Made by a program: the position numbers and the translations under genes. From an uncultured Holophaga sp. (lineage in GTDB: Bacteria > Acidobacteriota > Holophagae > Holophagales > Holophagaceae), in assembly GCA_963664825.1 (NCBI GenBank), contig OY761614.1, positions 1,696,001 to 1,760,000 on the forward strand: a DNA stretch of 64,000 nucleotides. Reading direction: 5' to 3'. The notes under the pieces are model-generated. The model was not told the origin of the DNA. It searched no databases and worked only from the letters and a program-made list of their open reading frames with translations. Shown piece after piece: positions 62,677 to 64,000 of this stretch (positions within the stretch are counted from its first letter, which is position 1; each line of letters opens with the position of its first letter).

Positions 62677-63513
62677 TCAAGGACAATTCTTCCAAAGGGG
62701 GAGACTTCCCAGATCCTCCAGGATATCGCGAGGGCTCCGACAGAGTCGGGCAGCCCCCTCCCGCAGGAGCGAATTGGGGCCCTCCGCCATTGGGTTTTCG
62801 GGAGTTCCCGGACAGGCCCAGAGTTCCCGGCCGAGATCGAGCGCCAGCCTCGCCGTCACCAGGGAACCGGATTTGATCCGGGCTTCGATCACCACCACCC
62901 CTTGGGTCCAGGCCGCCAGGAGCCAGTTGCGCCGGGGGAAATGCCATTTCTGAGGCCTCGAATCCGGAGGGAAGGGCGTGATCACGCCCCCTCTTTCGGC
63001 CATCCTGTCCATCATATGGCGGTGTTCCATGGGATAGGGATGATCCAGGCCGGAGCCCATGATGCCCCAGGTGGGCCCCGCTTCCAGGGCCCCCTCGTGG
63101 GCGGCGCCATCTATGCCCCGGGCCAGGCCCGAAAGCACGGCCACACCGGCCTGGGTGAGGGCCTTCGCCCAGGTGTGGGCCCGGGCCCGCCCCCCCGCAC
63201 TGGCCTCCCGACTGCCCACCATCGCCAGGGCCGGGCCCGCGGGCGGGAGGCTGCCTCGCACCCAGAGCGCCACTGGGTAGGGCAGTTCGGCAAGAAATGG
63301 GCCCATCCCGGGGTCTGAGGGCAGCATCAAACGCGCCCCACGATCCCGTGCCTCCTCCCGTAGCCTCTCCGGCTGGAGCCCTTCCAGGGCCCTGAGGGCC
63401 TCCCCCTCGAGATGGGGGCTCTGCCCCTGCTGGAGGGCGGCCCAAAGCTGGGCCTTCTGGCCTTCGGGCCAGGGAAGCAGGGTGAAAGCGAGAGCCCAGC
63501 GGTCGAGTTCCAT
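62677..63513 (-). CDS. dprA: DNA-processing protein DprA
   Basis: AMVGSR, SGLARGIDGAAH, FPRRN, VVIEARIKSGSLVTA; upstream of topA. Confidence 0.93.
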   Translation of the reverse strand: MELDRWALAFTLLPWPEGQKAQLWAALQQGQSPHLEGEALRALEGLQPERLREEARDRGARLMLPSDPGMGPFLAELPYPVALWVRGSLPPAGPALAMVGSREASAGGRARAHTWAKALTQAGVAVLSGLARGIDGAAHEGALEAGPTWGIMGSGLDHPYPMEHRHMMDRMAERGGVITPFPPDSRPQKWHFPRRNWLLAAWTQGVVVIEARIKSGSLVTARLALDLGRELWACPGTPENPMAEGPNSLLREGAARLCRSPRDILEDLGSLPLWKNCP

Positions 63514-63572
63514 AGGGAATGCCCTACCTTCGCCGGGAAGGCGCCCCGCCGCAAGCCCATCACGAATTAGCC

Positions 63573-63600
63573 TTGAGATTCCGGGAATACTTGGTAGACT
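63573..63600 (+). promoter_or_regulatory. Candidate rpmB promoter
   Basis: TTGAGA-N16-TAGACT. Confidence 0.55.
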
Positions 63601-63644
63601 AACGTTCCTTTGGCAGTGCCGTATCCGGAATCCATGAGGTCGCC

Positions 63645-63836
63645 ATGTCCCGTCAATGTGAAGTTTGCGGTAAGAAGCCCCAGTTCGGGCACAACGTCAG
63701 TCACTCCCACAACATCACGAACCGCCGCTGGAATCCCAATCTCCAGCCCGTGCGCGCCCTGGTGAACGGCGTGCCCAAGCGCATCCGCGTCTGCACCTCC
63801 TGCCTCCAGGCCGGCAAGGTCATCAAGAACATCTGA
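63645..63836 (+). CDS. rpmB: 50S ribosomal protein L28
   Basis: [33 protein letters not shown]. Confidence 0.97.
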   Translation: MSRQCEVCGKKPQFGHNVSHSHNITNRRWNPNLQPVRALVNGVPKRIRVCTSCLQAGKVIKNI

Positions 63837-63921
63837 AGCCGTCGGAGCACGGCGCTCGCCATCCTGTGGGGAGCGATGTGAGGATTCCGCGAGCTTCAGA
63901 GAATGCTCGAGTGGGTCGAGG

Positions 63922-63953
63922 CAACCGAGCGGTCTGCGGGCCGCTCGGTTGCT
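63922..63953 (+). terminator. Stem-loop downstream of rpmB
   Basis: GCAACCGAGCGG-N8-CCGCTCGGTTGC followed by TTGT (weak U tract). Confidence 0.5.
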
Positions 63954-64000
63954 TGTACTCGTCTGGAGCCCGAAGGATCGTAGACTGATTCGATGCTGCT

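Noticed and set aside
63837..64000. Possible ncRNA or tRNA downstream of rpmB
   Set aside because: No cloverleaf or recognisable family motif; only a terminator-like hairpin is supportable.

Overview
High-GC bacterial chromosome segment made mostly of core genes. Gene content suggests Acidobacteriota/Holophagae (Geothrix/Holophaga-like), but this is inference only. From left to right: marC (5'-truncated), an Aer-like PAS-MCP, a 200-bp MITE-like element, gpmI, ahpD-ahpC with divergent oxyR, a ferredoxin, pyrB-pyrR, a B12 radical SAM-TPR gene, three paralogous YcgR/PilZ-like genes (the third cleanly disrupted by an intact ISL3 with an 8-bp TSD), purL and an FKBP. A ~21.7-kb minus-strand chemosensory cluster follows (4 MCPs, cheY, STAS, cheA, 2 cheW, cheR, cheB, REC-EAL, 7-PAS kinase, RR, His-less REC-kinase, cheD). 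Then come small secreted proteins, a phosphotransferase, AraC, purQ-purS, MMPL, a DnaC-like ATPase, a sigma factor, hspR-dnaJ-dnaK (no grpE), yacG-exoD-trmD, a stand-alone trpB, rplS, envelope proteins, a ycaQ-like gene, CBS, topA, dprA and rpmB. The most striking unannotated signal is two complete Trp leader-peptide attenuators in tandem (53547-53825) upstream of the orphan trpB, sitting between trmD and rplS. Other leads are the PilZ triplet near a che-encoded EAL, a Cys-rich duplicated PAS module in an MCP, an H-box-less kinase, and a CTAG-flanked MITE. No rRNA, tRNA or CRISPR array was seen. All calls come from reading motifs by eye; no database searches were run.
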